64,000 nt of DNA from Zygnema circumcarinatum SAG 698-1b. Its lineage: Eukaryota; Plantae; Zygnematophyceae. The stretch is taken from assembly GCA_037447605.1 (NCBI GenBank), contig CM074807.1, positions 1,116,001 through 1,180,000 on the forward strand, in the 5' to 3' direction. Within the stretch, counting starts at the first letter, position 1, and each line of letters opens with the position of its first letter. The position numbers and the translations under genes are program-made. A model generated the notes under the pieces. The model was not told where the DNA came from and did not search any database. It was given only the letters and a program-made list of their open reading frames with translations. Below, in pieces: positions 22,777-36,600 of the stretch.

Positions 22777-24414
22777 CGGCTCGCAGATGAGAACTTCACT
22801 CTGCGATGTCGGTGGAGACTTAACTTTATGTAGCCTCATTCGTTTTTCGGGCATTGTGCATTGAAGCTTGCGGAGTAATGGTACTGGAAAAGTGATAGTA
22901 TCTCCACTGCCTGGCGAAATGGTCCGTATGGGCAAGTTCGCCAAGCTGAGTAAGGTTAACCGCCAATTAAGTCAAAAAAGGAGATAAGGAAGCCATGGCT
23001 TGGATGCAGAGCGCTTTTTACTGCTCAATAGGACTTGGTGGATAATGGCTTTGCCGGTAGGAGGAACCAGCGCTGGTAGGTGGAGTGTCTATAATGACAA
23101 CTGGAGGTTTTTGGCATTTTCCCACTGAAAGTTGAAGTGTCTTTGCTGTTCCCGAGCATTTGTGATATGAGCACACACTCACCATGTGACCTCGCGTATT
23201 TTCAGAATACTGAATACCTTCAAACGCGTTCATGCAGTAGGGCCAGATGAGTCATACGAATCCCAGTTATTTGTGATGCCTCAGCCATATGTCATGCTCC
23301 GAAAGCTACTGTGGTAAGTAATTGGAGTTAAAAGAGTCCCGTATGAAGAGGGGGGAGGGGGGTAGGGATTTCATACTAAACATTTTTGGTACGGGGTTGC
23401 AAACTGTTTTCCACCCTCAACTTATTTTTGCCGTGTAAACCGTGTCTACTACACGATTATTTGAAAAGTCTAATATATAAGTAACTGTTTCACTATAGAC
23501 ATCAGATGAGAAATATCAGAAAATTTCGTGAACACTGAAAGGCTCTCTGCGTATGGTCACACCATTTTCGAGCTCATGACATTGCATTCCATGTGGCATG
23601 TGTAGCTGTGGACCCGACTATTTGAGATGTCGACAAATTACAGTCCTGAGAATGGAATGGCATGCCTTCGACTGCATGGCAGGCCTGGGCATGGCTCATG
23701 CCTCTGTGCATGCAGGCATCCACATCCATCCATCCCATCCATGCATACATACATCCATCCATCCATTCATCAGCTCCAAATATACGAGTTCTACTCTCAC
23801 TCCTCTACTTCACGGCTTGAACCAAACAGAACCAGACTCGAAAAGCAAACCCTAAAGCAAAAGACCACATATTCCGCCATTCCCAAGAGGGTTGACGTCA
23901 CCTGTGCACACCAAAAACGAGCTGTAGGCAGGCAAGTTTGCATACAAAGGGTGACAAGATACTATACCTGATCAGACAACAACTAAAACTATGAAGCCCA
24001 CCGTGCGCCCAGCATGCTGAAGAGTCCTCCCAGGTCAACAAAGCAATTAGAGTTCTAAACACTACGCGAGCTTGAAGTCCTAAGCGCGGAAGGCGGCGGC
24101 TACTGCTCGTCTATGAAGCATATTTGCAATGAAGGCTTTGGAGGCCTCTAGAATGGTCAAACAGTACCCATTCCATGTAAGAATGATAAGAAAGTCAATG
24201 CTTCTTCATGCATTCCATCCCTGTCCTCTACTCCTATACACCTGCATGCTGTACAATAAGAAACCTGAGCAAAGGGGCCGCACAATAAGCCGTAATGGGG
24301 GCAGCGGAGCATACACATTCCTACCATTTCGAGCACACTCCTCATCCGTCGTTTCACACAGTATGTACTGACCCCTCGATAGGGGGTATAATCAGAGTTC
24401 TACAGGTTTCGGCA

Positions 24415-27400
24415 TCATCCTTGGGCTGCAACTTGGAGCCATGGCGCTTCAGCTGCAGAGGTCGACCGCCTGCGCTTAAGCTGCCCTTCACTCGCATGAG
24501 TTGCTGCTGCCCTTTTGAATTTAGTCGGCTGATCTTCTTTCTTCACGAGAGAGTAACTTTCTGTTGCAATCTTGGTCGCAGAGCTTCCCTTCATCTCTGA
24601 GCCGTCATTCGTTACTCCCTCCCCTTGGCCCTTTCCTTCCAGGGCCACACCAAAGAGTCGGGTCAATTTCAGGTCCTCCTCCTTGTCAACAATGACACCC
24701 TCTTCACACTCTTTTTTCAATACAGGAATGGATACTCTTTCCCCCAAGTCCCCTTCACGTCCTAAAGTAGGCTGAATCTCGGGACGCAGTGCAGCTGGTT
24801 TACAGAAAGAAGTTTTACGGGAAGGGTCATGTCCTCCATGAAACGGCACCACTGGGCGAAAGCCGGATGGACCATCAACAGAGACGGTATGATATCCAGC
24901 TGCATTCTGTTTCATATGAGCAACAGCATCTTCCAAAATCCGCTCTCTCACGTCTCGCTTTCCTCGGCTTTCTATCTCATCGCCTGATGATTCTGAGACC
25001 CTCGGAGATGAAGGAGGGAGACTGCTGCATGAAACCCCCACGCTTGGGGGTCCAATGGGTACAGACAATGGACTGCCTTTTTCAAGAAGCATTGGAATGC
25101 CACTCATGGCATATGGATGGTGCCACGGAACGCTACCATGAGTCCATTTTCCACTTGCAGGGTCCATCGCCATGCGTGCTTGCTGGAAGGCAGAAAAAGG
25201 AACATCTCGATACACAAGCCACGAATAAGAAAAAGAGAATTGCAACCAACATGTACTTCAGAAGTTCCGAGAACTTGACAACTTTACTGGGTAGCATTAT
25301 TGAAAGCATAATCTTCAACACCACTCACACTTACAGCACTTTGTGCTGAGAGAGTTTCTGTTAATACGAGCGAGACGACCAAAACATCCATTCGTCAGCA
25401 GGGCACCAAAGACAACAAGATATTTCACAACAGAGACCCAAGAGAAAAGTATAGTTACATCGTTGGAAAGCACCTTAGCCCTTTGAGGATTGGTTGATTT
25501 CAGACTATCTAACAAACCGAGACCCTCTGACGAAACTATATGCGAGCTATGAGAAGGAGGTTTAAGTTCAAACCTGGTGCTGCAGAATCACTACCACATC
25601 GACATAAAGATGCCGAATGCGAGCCAACTCCGTAACAAGAACAGCATTATCGCGCCTCAGTCTTTCGTTCTCCTCTGCCATTGACTCCGGTGTAACAATC
25701 TGCCGGAATGGAGAGGGTGAGGCAGGTGGAGAGCAAGTCACCTGCTACAAGATACAATAGATGTGCAAATTAAAACCAGCTGCGCTGAAACATGCCAAAC
25801 CACAGTAACTTATCACATCTCAAGGTTCCTCAAAGGCACGCATTTAGTGTTCGAGCACAGTGGATATCTCCTCACCGAGAAACTCAAGAGGATTTACAGA
25901 GAAAGACTCCTTACCACGTCTTCAGTGGACGAAGTGGGGCTAGTAGAAGATAATGATCTTTCTTCCCGTTGTAAGAGCTGCACCAGGACCTTGACACTGA
26001 GCATCAGACAGTCATCAACTTCTAAAAGACGCAGGAAAAACCACAATGAAAGGCACTAACGAATGCAAAACGTAACAAGCAACCAGAAAGATTGTGTATT
26101 AATGCATAAATACCACAGCAATAAGCTCCGTTTCACAAAAACCAGCCCACAAGACAAAGAAAGCATCGTGCAGCTTACAGGTGGAGTGGCCTGGCTGGCC
26201 ATAATAGAATTAGTGGTCGTTTTTCGGCGATGAATTTCACAGAGGAGTTGCTTTGCCCCTTTACGGAAATTATCGTTGCCAAACTCCCACCTGTCAGGGA
26301 CAGTCTTTCGAAATCCCTGGAAAAGTACAGCAATGTAGCAACACAAATTTCATGAAACTCTGCAAGGAAAATCTTTAAAGGAAACCCTAATCTGGAACAA
26401 CTCGAGTTTATAGCTTCAACTGATAGACAGACTTCTTGAACTTGCTATGTCTAGCATGATAGGAGACTTTTGCAAAAACTCTGCATCGTGGAGGACATCC
26501 ATAATTCAATACTTCTGAGGAATAACGCTCTTAGCTTGCTGCCTGGGAGCACGAAGAAACGTTTCGTATCCTGACAAACGAGCGATTTGTGCAAGATACT
26601 ACCTATCATTGGGACTGTTCATCTAGCATCACACCATGCCATCAGTACCAACAAGCCCCTGAGTGTACAGTGATGAAACTCTCACCTCCCTAATATAAAC
26701 CTCCTTAATGAACAAATGCCAACTGCGATAGGCATCTTAACTTCATGTCAACGTATCAACGGCAATCTAGACTAAACACGTCTTTTCCGCACCAGCTGGT
26801 CGAACTGCCTAGAGAATGCTTCTCTTATTAACGTGCTAAAAATTGGATGAATCACCTTCGACAGCAAAAGCAGTATGGGGAACGCCGAAAACCTGCAGAT
26901 GTGCAAACCTACGTGAACCTACTACGATGGGATAATCCGCGACCCCCAACAAACAGAGAGATGCCTGGAAGACAAACATGATTTCTCGGGGCCGAGCATC
27001 AAATTGCCTAAAACTCTCCCTGCCTTCTAGTGCCAGATGCAACTGCTTCCCATCCTACAGCTTCACCCTCTCGTCAACCCTCTTTACGCCCTGACCTAAC
27101 AATGTTCAATCGGAGGAAACATCCCAAAGCTATAGGACATAAACAAACGACTAAGGACTCTAAGGACTCTAGCCATGTCTAACCCATGGCCATAGTCGAT
27201 ATAATGGCCGGTCTATTTTCCCATACGGCCGCATCTTGTTGCCAGGCTAATCGGTAAACTAACATGTATAAGTAACCCGTGATTTCGTCAAATTGTGAAA
27301 CGAAAGCGACACGATACCTCAAGTGTCTAGTTAGCATGAAGAGAAGGCGTTAGACCAGAGGTACGATAGACATACGTAAGTATTTAACTGTCGAACAAAG

Positions 27401-27621
27401 CTGGAGAAATTATTGTGTTTGAAAAAGAGGGGCAGCAAATCTCGCGCAAACTCCATCGGCTTCCAGACGACGAACGTGCAGTCATCAGCTCCCCAGGATA
27501 CGACATCATTAGTTGGAGGGTCATCTACAAGTTGGTAAGTTTTAGTCAGAAATGGAGCCGGGACAGCCCGGTGAGGTTCCGGTGAACTTAGAGCGGGAGG
27601 AACTTCGTTATCTTGCGCCAT
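24415..27621 (-). CDS. Heat shock transcription factor, class B
   Basis: [17 protein letters not shown]...[15 protein letters not shown]|GFRK...[11 protein letters not shown]...IHRRK with the conserved plant TY|GF intron. HR-A/B ([20 protein letters not shown] at ~25600-25690). RLFGV repressor motif diagnostic of class B. Confidence 0.92.
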
Positions 27622-27839
27622 GGTGAACCAGCCGCCCTCCCCAGAATCAATGAAACGGCCGGGCACCTGCTCCGATGCATAACAACACAGCAGCATCGAA
27701 CAGAATTGAGCGTTACACACAAGAACAGCATTACCTTCCAGCATCCGCATCAAAATTGAACCATTGCATTGCTACAACAAGACAAACCATCTCCTCCTAT
27801 TCCAGAATTCTTACTGCAGCAGATGCTTCGACGGATATC

Positions 27840-27992
27840 TCAGCAGAGAGAACCCAAAACGACCTCCCCAATCCACTCTCCCTCCCGGAACTTGTGACGT
27901 CTCTCCCGACAGGTTGTCGCACTGCTGCCCTGTGGAGCCAGCTGCGGCATGGACAAGCTCTCTCCCGCTGTCAAAGGTAAGCGATAGGACAT
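27840..27992 (-). other. 50-aa upstream ORF in the HSFB 5' leader
   Basis: ATG at 27992 reads MSYRLPLTAGESLSMPQLAPQGSSATTCRERRHKFREGEWIGEVVLGSLC* to TGA at 27840. Whether it lies inside the transcript is inferred. Confidence 0.45.
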
Positions 27993-29371
27993 GACGCCTT
28001 CTTAGCCGTTGCCACTCTCTCTCCCTCCTGCTCTCCTCCACGGCCCCCCCCCGCCCGCCCGCCCCTCCCTCTCCCACTCCCTCTCCCCCTCCCTGGCCCT
28101 CTCCCTCCCCGCGAAGCCAACCTGATCCGTAGCTCCCCTCCCTGCGCGCCCTAAGCGCCGGAAAGCGCCTGCGAGCAAGCCATCACGGCACCAACCTTCT
28201 CACGCCTCTCTCTCTGAATCAGTACTCCAACACTCACGCCCAGGCATTTCACTGAGCATGCACGAAGATACGCGATGTACGTGTTTTGATTTTCGACGAA
28301 AGTGGGGCGGAAAAGGAGTCTCGGAGCGAAAAAGAGAGGCACGAAAAATTGCGTTTCCATGATTCCTGCTACGCGTCCGGCCGTACGGTAAACTTGTACC
28401 GCGATGTACGAAAACGGAATTTGTCAGAGGTCGCCGAAATTCCTCATCCACGTGGAAATTGGCCCTAGCCGCCCGCGTACGGCCGATATTATTATTATAC
28501 CATAGGTGAGCCCCATTTCGAAAGGCTCCCCGGTTTGGGCCCCAAAAGTATTTCCCCACTGCCCGCGTGTACCGTACCGTATCCGCGCGCGTCAAAAAAA
28601 GGGCCCGGCAGCGAATCGCGAGGCGGCCTGGGCCCGGCCCGGTCCGCGGGGGGATCCGCAGCTGCGGATTGACAGGCGCCCTCGCCTCCGCGCCTGCCTG
28701 AAAATTTTTTTAGGGCCGTCTGGCCAATGAGAGGCATGGAAACTGCCATGCTGGCACCATGGTCTCCCGCCAGATGGCGCCGTTCCAGTGACCGTACGGT
28801 TGTTCACGCAGATTGATTGCAACGTCCACATAGAAACGGAAAACATAAAACGGAACTGGAACTGCGACAAGGAGTGCACTGGGCACGAGCATCGGCTGTA
28901 TATGGTCCGTCCAACCCATCAAGGTACATAGAAAACGGAGCTAATATCTAAGTAACCAGTGTGGCAAGTGGCCGAGAACAAAGCATTGTGTCTGGGTTGC
29001 GTGCTTCTCTTCCTGCCTGCTCCTTTAGTCCAGGCGTTCATATCCTCGCACAGCACTGCAGGGGCAGCACACATCAATTGTTCGCGGGGTGTTGCACACC
29101 ATTTGATAGAGAAGCAATACTGCGGCAATATGCCCACATCACATGTTGTTCGTACACTTCACAGCTGGCTCCTCGTTAAGGCACTACGACTACTAATCTC
29201 ATCTGTACAATTCTCTCTACCCATCCCATCTAAGCACTTGGCTTACAACAATACCTACCGAGATATTGCCAGACCAGCATGGCTTTGTGCCCTTATCCGC
29301 CCGAAGGCTTTGCACGCTGGTATATCACTCGGAGTAAAGCGCGCTTTCACCTCATGCCACGCCTCATTCCT

Positions 29372-32266
29372 TCACGAGTCCAGTTTGAAATAATCATCGC
29401 CGCAGGGCATCACCTTGCTTGGCTTCCTCTTCCAGCCAAAAAAACCTTTCTTTTCGTCGGATGGAGGATTCCTCCGTACCAAAAACGCAATGAGCTCGTC
29501 CCACTTCTCCCCAGGGGAAAAGTTTCCTTTGTGTTTCCTATTCTCCTCCTCCACCAGCCTCTCTTCAGCCTCACTCCACCTATCTCCTCCCACTTTCCTC
29601 TCCCTCTTAGGATCCTCGAACTTCTCGTCGTGGTCAATTGTAAGTTTGACGCCTTCACTGCCGACCTCGGGAGTCTCAGCAATACTACTCGAAGAGCCGT
29701 CATATGAATTTTCAGCCGGATCCTTCATTCGTTGGATTTGGTTAGACCCAAAAGTTTGAAAGGGTCCACTCCCACCTTCCAAACTGCAATTGTTTTTACT
29801 GCCATTCTGTGAAACCCTTTCATCACATTGAACGACAGTGACGGTCTGCTGTCCTGTAGACGACGTCTTACCTTCCGTCTCCCCTTCGTCGAGCCACGGT
29901 GCATCATCTAACTGCATCCAAGACCTGAGCTTGCTTTCATCCATATCGCCGCCAACATAATTTGATGCCGTACCATCTCCAACCCCGCTTAAAAGTGGCG
30001 TGGACTCGTCTAATGGCTTGCCAGGACCTCCAGAGTCAAGAGTATTGCTGTTTTCCACACGTCTTTTCAAGACATCCTCCGGTTCCTGCGCATTATAGAC
30101 TCCCATTGACACTGCGTGATGTAAGGCTTGATCATACTCGTCCTTCTGTTCCTTCTCGAGTGCCATTGCTCGAGTCGCCTGCTCCATTACAGAAATCTCC
30201 TCCATTCCCTCCGCTCGCTGCATCAACTGCAAATTCACAGATCATTTACACAAAAACATTAACTCAGACGATAAAGCGTGTCTTCACCATTCACCATGGC
30301 TTATAACAGCTCCCAAGACGGAGTCAAGATGGTCAAGCAGACACCGCTATTTCTAGACACGATGAAAAAGCCTTTCTGTGCTTTCCCTAAAGCTTCAGAC
30401 CGGTTGTAAGCAAGAAATTCAGCTATTGTAAGGGAGGGTTATCAACAGCGACTCATTGTTTGAAAGCTTTGCTTAAATTGAATTAAATTCTCGGTGTACC
30501 TGCAGGATCTATGAAAGCATGGCGGCAGTACTTCAATTGATCGCTACACCTATGGATGAACTCACCTCTAACGCTTCCGTGATTTTTCTTTCCACGTTTA
30601 CGAGTGAATGATCCTCTGTGGCATTCCGAGAACACACGATGTGCTCAAAACGACCTTCCACTGGAATCGCCGTTCGCACATTTGGCGGCATCCTCTTGCA
30701 ACTGCCAAAGAAAACCAGATTCTAAGAGGTTTGCTTGAGGACGTTCAGAGAGTACGGCAGCCTGGGCTATTTATGAACCACAACAAGTTCTCAGCATATA
30801 GAAGACCAACCTGCCAAACTCTGTGTAAACAATGTGGTAGAGGCGACCAGGAGCGTACAGGCGGCGTGGATCAGAGAGCCTTTTCTTCTCGGGGATGAAT
30901 GTGTCCTTGATGCATGAAATTGCAAGGAGGCAAGGGAGACTGCAGACCCACATACACTGCTTGGCTTCAGCATTTGGAAAAACGAAAAAACGAAACTAGT
31001 GGGAGAAATCCAACATTAAGGTGTCGAAACGAAACGACCTGAAGCAACGACTTGACAGATGTCCAAGGAGAAACTCAACAACAACAACAACAATATGAAA
31101 AAAAACAGCAGTCGAGCAGAGAAAACTTAGCACTTGAGCGGTTACCAAAACATGGAGCCAAAAATAATTTGGAGAGGTACGGACGTTCGGGGGAGGAAGT
31201 CGTCCTGTTTCACCACGATCCCAGGCAGTTACAATGCCAATCAAGCCCTAGAAAAAACAGTGGACCACAATGGTGGTTCTTGAAGCAGCTCCGAGCAATC
31301 AAGTACTGCACATGCCAGAAAATGGTGCCTATGCGAGTACTGGCTTCATACTCAGCAGAATACCTGCATTACAATAGACTTTATGCAGTCAGAGTAACGA
31401 ATAGCAAGGTTCATGGAGGTCGAGCGCGCAGGTGCAATTGCTATGCATCGTATTCGTTTTGTCGAAATCGGAGCCAACTTTTTTCTGCTATTGACCAGGA
31501 TGATCGTCATGATGGCAGCAATCCCACTGCCAAGTGAATGACCAGTCAAGGTGAGGGTATAGTCGCAATGCTTCACAAGGAGAGCCTTTAAAGTATCAAA
31601 TTCCTTCTCCAAAAGCCATCCCGCGACCTTCAGGAGGCCGTGGTGGACATAGCCGCCATCCAAAATCTGTAACAACACGCAGCAGGAATGCAAATTCCAG
31701 AAACAAAATCGATCAGTCGCGAATGAACGTAGCTTCAAGTGAGAACAGCTAAGAAGGACCAGCTAAGAATGAATATGCACGGATCGGGCTAATATACATT
31801 TTCTGTAAGGTTCGTTATTGAAAAGATGATGGTACTATTGTAAACTTGCAAAGTACTCAGTTCCTACCTGCTGGCCCTTCTTGTTATCTAACAGAAGCTG
31901 ATAGTCAGGCTTTTGCCCTAAATGAAGTCCGCGAATAGCTAGAACCACGTCCTTTGCAGTATGATCGACATATATTAGATAAGGAGGACATTTCCCTTTG
32001 TTGTCGTCATAAGTTGCTTTCCGAATCACCCATTCTGGAACCAAACGATCTGCGTATCGAGGGTGAGATATATCTTCTTCATATACACCAAGGATCATTC
32101 GACATGCTCGAGGGACGTCTTTAAGCTCATTGTAAGTTGCTTCCGGCCAGTCTTCACTCGCCATGGATCCATGGAGCATGCAGCGCTTTGCCATCCAATG
32201 GGAGCATCCTGCTATGCACATGATTTCTGCTGCAGGAACGCAGAAGGGGGGCAAGCAGCACGTCAT
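29372..32266 (-). CDS. Class 3 lipase (Lipase3_N + Lipase_3, DAG-lipase-like), ~6 exons
   Basis: PPYLIYVDH...VVLAIRGL, GGYVHHGLLKVA, nucleophile motif LTGHSLGSG, DDFLPR, RLYAPGRLYHIV, VRTAIPVEGRFEHIV. An in-frame upstream ATG at 32404 makes the start uncertain. Confidence 0.9.
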
Positions 32267-32922
32267 GGCTCTCAACAAACGATGCTCCACACGGCGGATT
32301 TCCACCCTGAGAATGAAAATGAACAACGAGAGTCGAGGATAGTGTTTCTGGATTGTATTCAGGCCAAGATATCTACTGTCAAGGAGGGGATTTTCATCCT
32401 GCATCCGAGTAGCAGTGTTTTAATGGATCTCCGTTTTCTACCAACATTACTTTGGAACTTCAAGCAACTTGAAGTGCGGAAGAATTCATTCGTGAATTGT
32501 ATTCAGGCCAGGCTATCTATGGCAAGAACAGAACTTTCGACCTGCCTCCCAAATAGACGATCCATGCTTCGACCCACCCGTACGTGCTCAGTAAAGATTG
32601 TTAAAATGCTTGATTTTTTCTGTGCAGTGTTTTTTACATCAAGATTTCAAAGACACCTCCAAACTTGCCAATCCCTTCTCTCACTTAATGCGGACCGCGG
32701 AACAGCAGGAAGCTTAGAGCTGACAAAAATCTGAGTCAGTTTTGCAGGTCCATCCTATTATTGCCGAGACCTGCTAACCGCCATAGCAGATTTCCAAACC
32801 ACTTCATCTATATAATTTGGCAAGGACGCGTGCAGCCACAGCCATGGCCGCGAGAGAAGCCGCGGCGGCGACTAAGAGAAAGCGAGGCGGCACGCACGGC
32901 TCCAGGGAGGCGGGACGGGCCT

Positions 32923-33049
32923 GCCACGTGGCATGCGGAGACTGCTGCTAAGTAACAGACGGCCAAACGCAGGCCCAGCAGCCGCCACGTGGCGAAAAAG
33001 GCTTAACAGCTGTTTACATGTAAAAAGTTCGTTGACAACAATGACGTCA
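32923..33049. promoter_or_regulatory. Two GCCACGTGGC G-boxes plus TGACGTCA in the lipase/ATP5O divergent promoter
   Basis: Exact motifs at 32923-32932, 32984-32993 and 33042-33049. Confidence 0.5.
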
Positions 33050-33396
33050 CGATCGCAACTGAAAACTGTTGCCGGTGCCGGTTCGCGCGATTTAGGCCTA
33101 TTTGTACCCCAATGCGGCACCCGCTTGTCGCATTCGCAAAGTTCAATTTGTACCCCAATTTCGAAGCCAGAACAAGTCCAGACGGGACCTGTTCACACGT
33201 GTCGCAGACCCGTACCTGCCGAGGCACGTTCACACCTGGTTCGATCTTTTAGGGTTCGGCAGGATGGAGCAGCCTTGAGGGGGAAGGCTGTCTCCTTGGG
33301 AGCGCCTGGGGCTGTGCTAGAAAGCCCTGTAGGCACCTTCTGCTGCAAGCAGCAGAAAAAGAAGAAGGAGCGGAAGCAGGAGGAGAAGTGGCAGCC

Positions 33397-35674
33397 ATGT
33401 TACGGATAGCAGCGCGGAGTTTGTTCTCTCGCAAAGGAGGCGTCAGCCTGTCTGCAGGACAGTCGCAGGTATGGTCTTGTTTTGAAATGATTTGCTGGGC
33501 AGCACGGGGTGCTCTAGCTGCCCTTTCTGGATACTTTTGTCGTCTCTGGCATGCAATGTTGTGCTGCACAAAGTGCGGTGCTGGCACTATCGGAGGAATG
33601 TCTGCTTATTTGAGGGGCCCCTGATTTGGATGCAGTTAAGGAGGAGTTTTGCAGCAGATGCCGTATCAGACGACATCCGTGTAAGTTATGATCTGATTGT
33701 TGCGGCTCAATTACCATGCACTCCACCGCCAAACAGACTCCCTCATTTGTTTTTTTTCAAACTGAAGCCAATCCCTTATATTGGCATGTGAAATGCAACT
33801 TATGGATATTAGATATTATTATTCTTCCACTTTTCTGTGAACATTTCAATCCACGCCCTCTTCAATGACTGCCTTTTCTATGCATTTAATGCTTAACTCC
33901 AGTTATGTGCCTTCTCCTACATTGTTAAAGACTATACCACGACCATTCTGATATTATGCCGTCTATCATTAAGTAAATCTCCAACCGAGTTATGACACAG
34001 TTGTTTGGTTTCCATACAGCCTCCGATACAGGTGTTCGGTGTCGCAGGAAAGTATGCATCCGCTCTCTATGTTTCTGCCGCTAAAGCCAACGTTTTGGAG
34101 CAAGTAGAGAAGGAAATGCAGCAGCTCCTGGAGTTGGAGAAGGACAGTCTGGACTTCTCGAACTTTATAAAGGATCCTTCTGTCCCTAAACCAACTAGAG
34201 TGGCAGCCATTGAAGACATTTTTGGCAAAGCTGACTTCTCTGCCATCACCAAAAACTTCCTCGGTCAGTGTCTATAACCCCACTTTAATGAGAGCACGTG
34301 ATTATGTGCGATGCAAATACCCTTTTTCTTCAGCATATTTAGCAATTAGAAGATAGGAACTCCACGTTTGAGCCTGTTCCCGACGCTTCTTTTGTCGCAT
34401 CTTGGATCAGACCTTTTATAATAGCTGTAGCTGCTGAAATCAAGCTGACTTATTGCTTGTCAGTTACTAAGTTATTACCGCTAATTGGCAGTACCAAGGT
34501 ACAAGTAATAAGTTTCTAGCAGCAACTGACTCCTTCCTTCCGTTCTCTTGTTGCGTGATCCTGAACTGGTTGAATGCTGGATGTTTTGGTTGAGAAAAAT
34601 GAAGTTTATTTTGCAATGTTAAGTGGGCATCTTTGTCGTGTGCAATTGTACTAAGTATCCTACGAATCCTGCAGAGCTGGTCACGGTGCTTATTCTTATT
34701 AGTTGTTTTAAGTGATATTGATCAGCCTAATTTGTTTTTCCAGCAGGTGGATTCGTTGTCGCTTACGTGCTATTTCTTTGAATGGCCTATGCAGCGGTTC
34801 TTGCTGATGGGGGACGTCTGGCCTATCTTCCCAAGGCAGCAACGTCTTACAAGGAATTGATCAGGGCACATAAAGGCGAAGTTTTGGCCACTGTAACTGC
34901 TGCTTTGGTAAGTTTCGTTAAATGGACAATCCTGGCATGTTGGGGAAAGCGTTTATGCGTTGGGATGGAGCTGCCATACGAATTGGCTGCAGAAATATGA
35001 GATGGACCAGGCATTTTGCTGTTGAGTTTTACACGCTTTTGTTAGAAGCACAATGAACATGGCCTTTTCAATGGATGTCAACTTCTCAGGAACTTTCCCC
35101 GGAGGAGGTGTCTGAGATCAAGGAAGCTCTGAAAAGTTTCCTGAAGCCAGGCCAGACTCTGAACTTCGAACAAAAGGTGAGTCATCTTTTGGAGCTCCAT
35201 GGATGACTTGCAGTACAAGAATCACGTCTGGTCATTACATAGGTTAGATGGTCTCTTTCCATCTCTTTCTTGCTTGAATTTCTTGTCTGAGGGGTTAAAG
35301 CCATCCATTGCCGCCTCTGCATATTTCTCGTCCTATATCTTGTGATTGTATGGGCTAATATGGTATACGACCCTCAAGGTGAACACGCCAATTGCTGTCC
35401 AGTGAATTTTTTTCTTGTTTCACGGAGCACCAGCACGCTCAACTGTAAAGAGCCCCTTTTTTGGTCTGGCGATTAGGAATTGTGACGAGATGTTATGCTC
35501 ACGGAGATTTGGCTTGTTCATCACGCATGCTAGCCTGTTGTATTTTGTGAGGAATTTCAGGTCGACCGCAGCATCGTTGGTGGCTTGATCATTGACATTG
35601 GAGAGAACCACATTGATTTATCGATCGATACCAAGATCAGACAGATGGAGAAGGTCCTTACGGAAGCGGCATAG
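33397..35674 (+). CDS. ATP5O: Mitochondrial ATP synthase subunit O (OSCP), 6 exons
   Basis: Arg-rich presequence MLRIAARSLFSRK..., PPIQVFGVAGKYASALYVSA..., FIKDPSVPK, ELIRAHKGEVLATVT, VDRSIVGGLIIDIGENHIDLSIDTKIRQMEKVL. Confidence 0.95.
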
Positions 35675-36289
35675 AGATGGTCTAGTTGGTCTCCTAAGCT
35701 GGAACAGATACTGCCATGCGATGCTAATCTTGTAAAGAACTCTTCAATTATCTACCAACCAGAGCTCCACACGTGGCACATTTGGTCGCAAAAGCGCCCT
35801 TGATCTACCTCTTGACAGGGGAATTCGGTCCTGGCGGTGGATTATGGCTAGCCAGTTTAGTGGACAACTCCTACTGCGGACCCTAATTCAGTTGAATGGA
35901 AAGTTCTCTTGCAAGCATCCTTCTTGACTTGGTGAGCGGACTTCAATGAAAGGTGTGTTTGGTACTGTTTGGTTTCAAACTGCCTATTAGGAAAGCATGT
36001 GGCTTGGCTGAACATGTTCTTGTTGACTGCAGCAGGTTCTTTGCAACTGCTCTGCAAGCAGCCATTAGCCTACAGCAATCTCTTTACCAAAGAATTCGTG
36101 TAAGAGAAAGTCATTGGTTAGCTGGTATAGTAGAAAGGTTGACATGGCACAAACTTGTTGAAGGTAAAATAGAGATATGTGATGCCATGCATGGAATGCA
36201 CTTGACTAGCAGAATTTCTGCGTGGAACCTTAGGAGTTTTTGCAATCCATGTGTTCTGATAAGGCTGATCTGCCACTGTGAGGCTTTGT

Positions 36290-36600
36290 ATGACGAAATG
36301 TTCTCAGCTCTATATCCCGTTGCTTGACAAGCTTGGGCCTCGAAACATTGGACGGAAAATTTATAGTGCTGTCTGTTACCATTAAAATGATGTATATGTT
36401 GCATTAGACTGTTTTGATTGTTGCCCATGGCAATGACTTTGTTGTACAGCTCCAGATACCTGAGGTGATCTCAGCTGTTGAACAGAGAGCACTATAATTT
36501 TGCCCAGTTGGCCATTGCCCTTTTCCGTCCAATGTTTCCAGGCCCACGCTTACCAAACAATAGGGGGTATCAGACTAAGCAAAATCTTACGAAAAGCGTT
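36290..36600. repeat. Degenerate inverted repeat between convergent 3' ends
   Basis: The reverse complement of ~36290-36370 aligns to ~36488-36600; the core TTTTCCGTCCAATGTTTCnAGGCCCAnGCTT matches at 29 of 31. Confidence 0.6.

Noticed and set aside
22800-24400. Possible small gene between the element and the HSFB 3' end
   Set aside because: Only short ORFs without recognisable motifs or a consistent exon chain, plus a (CATC)n microsatellite near 23720-23770.
17712-33260. Telo-box elements near RLP24, the zinc-finger gene and ATP5O
   Set aside because: Only inexact TAGGGTTA/TAGGGTTC variants occur there, not the AAACCCTA consensus.
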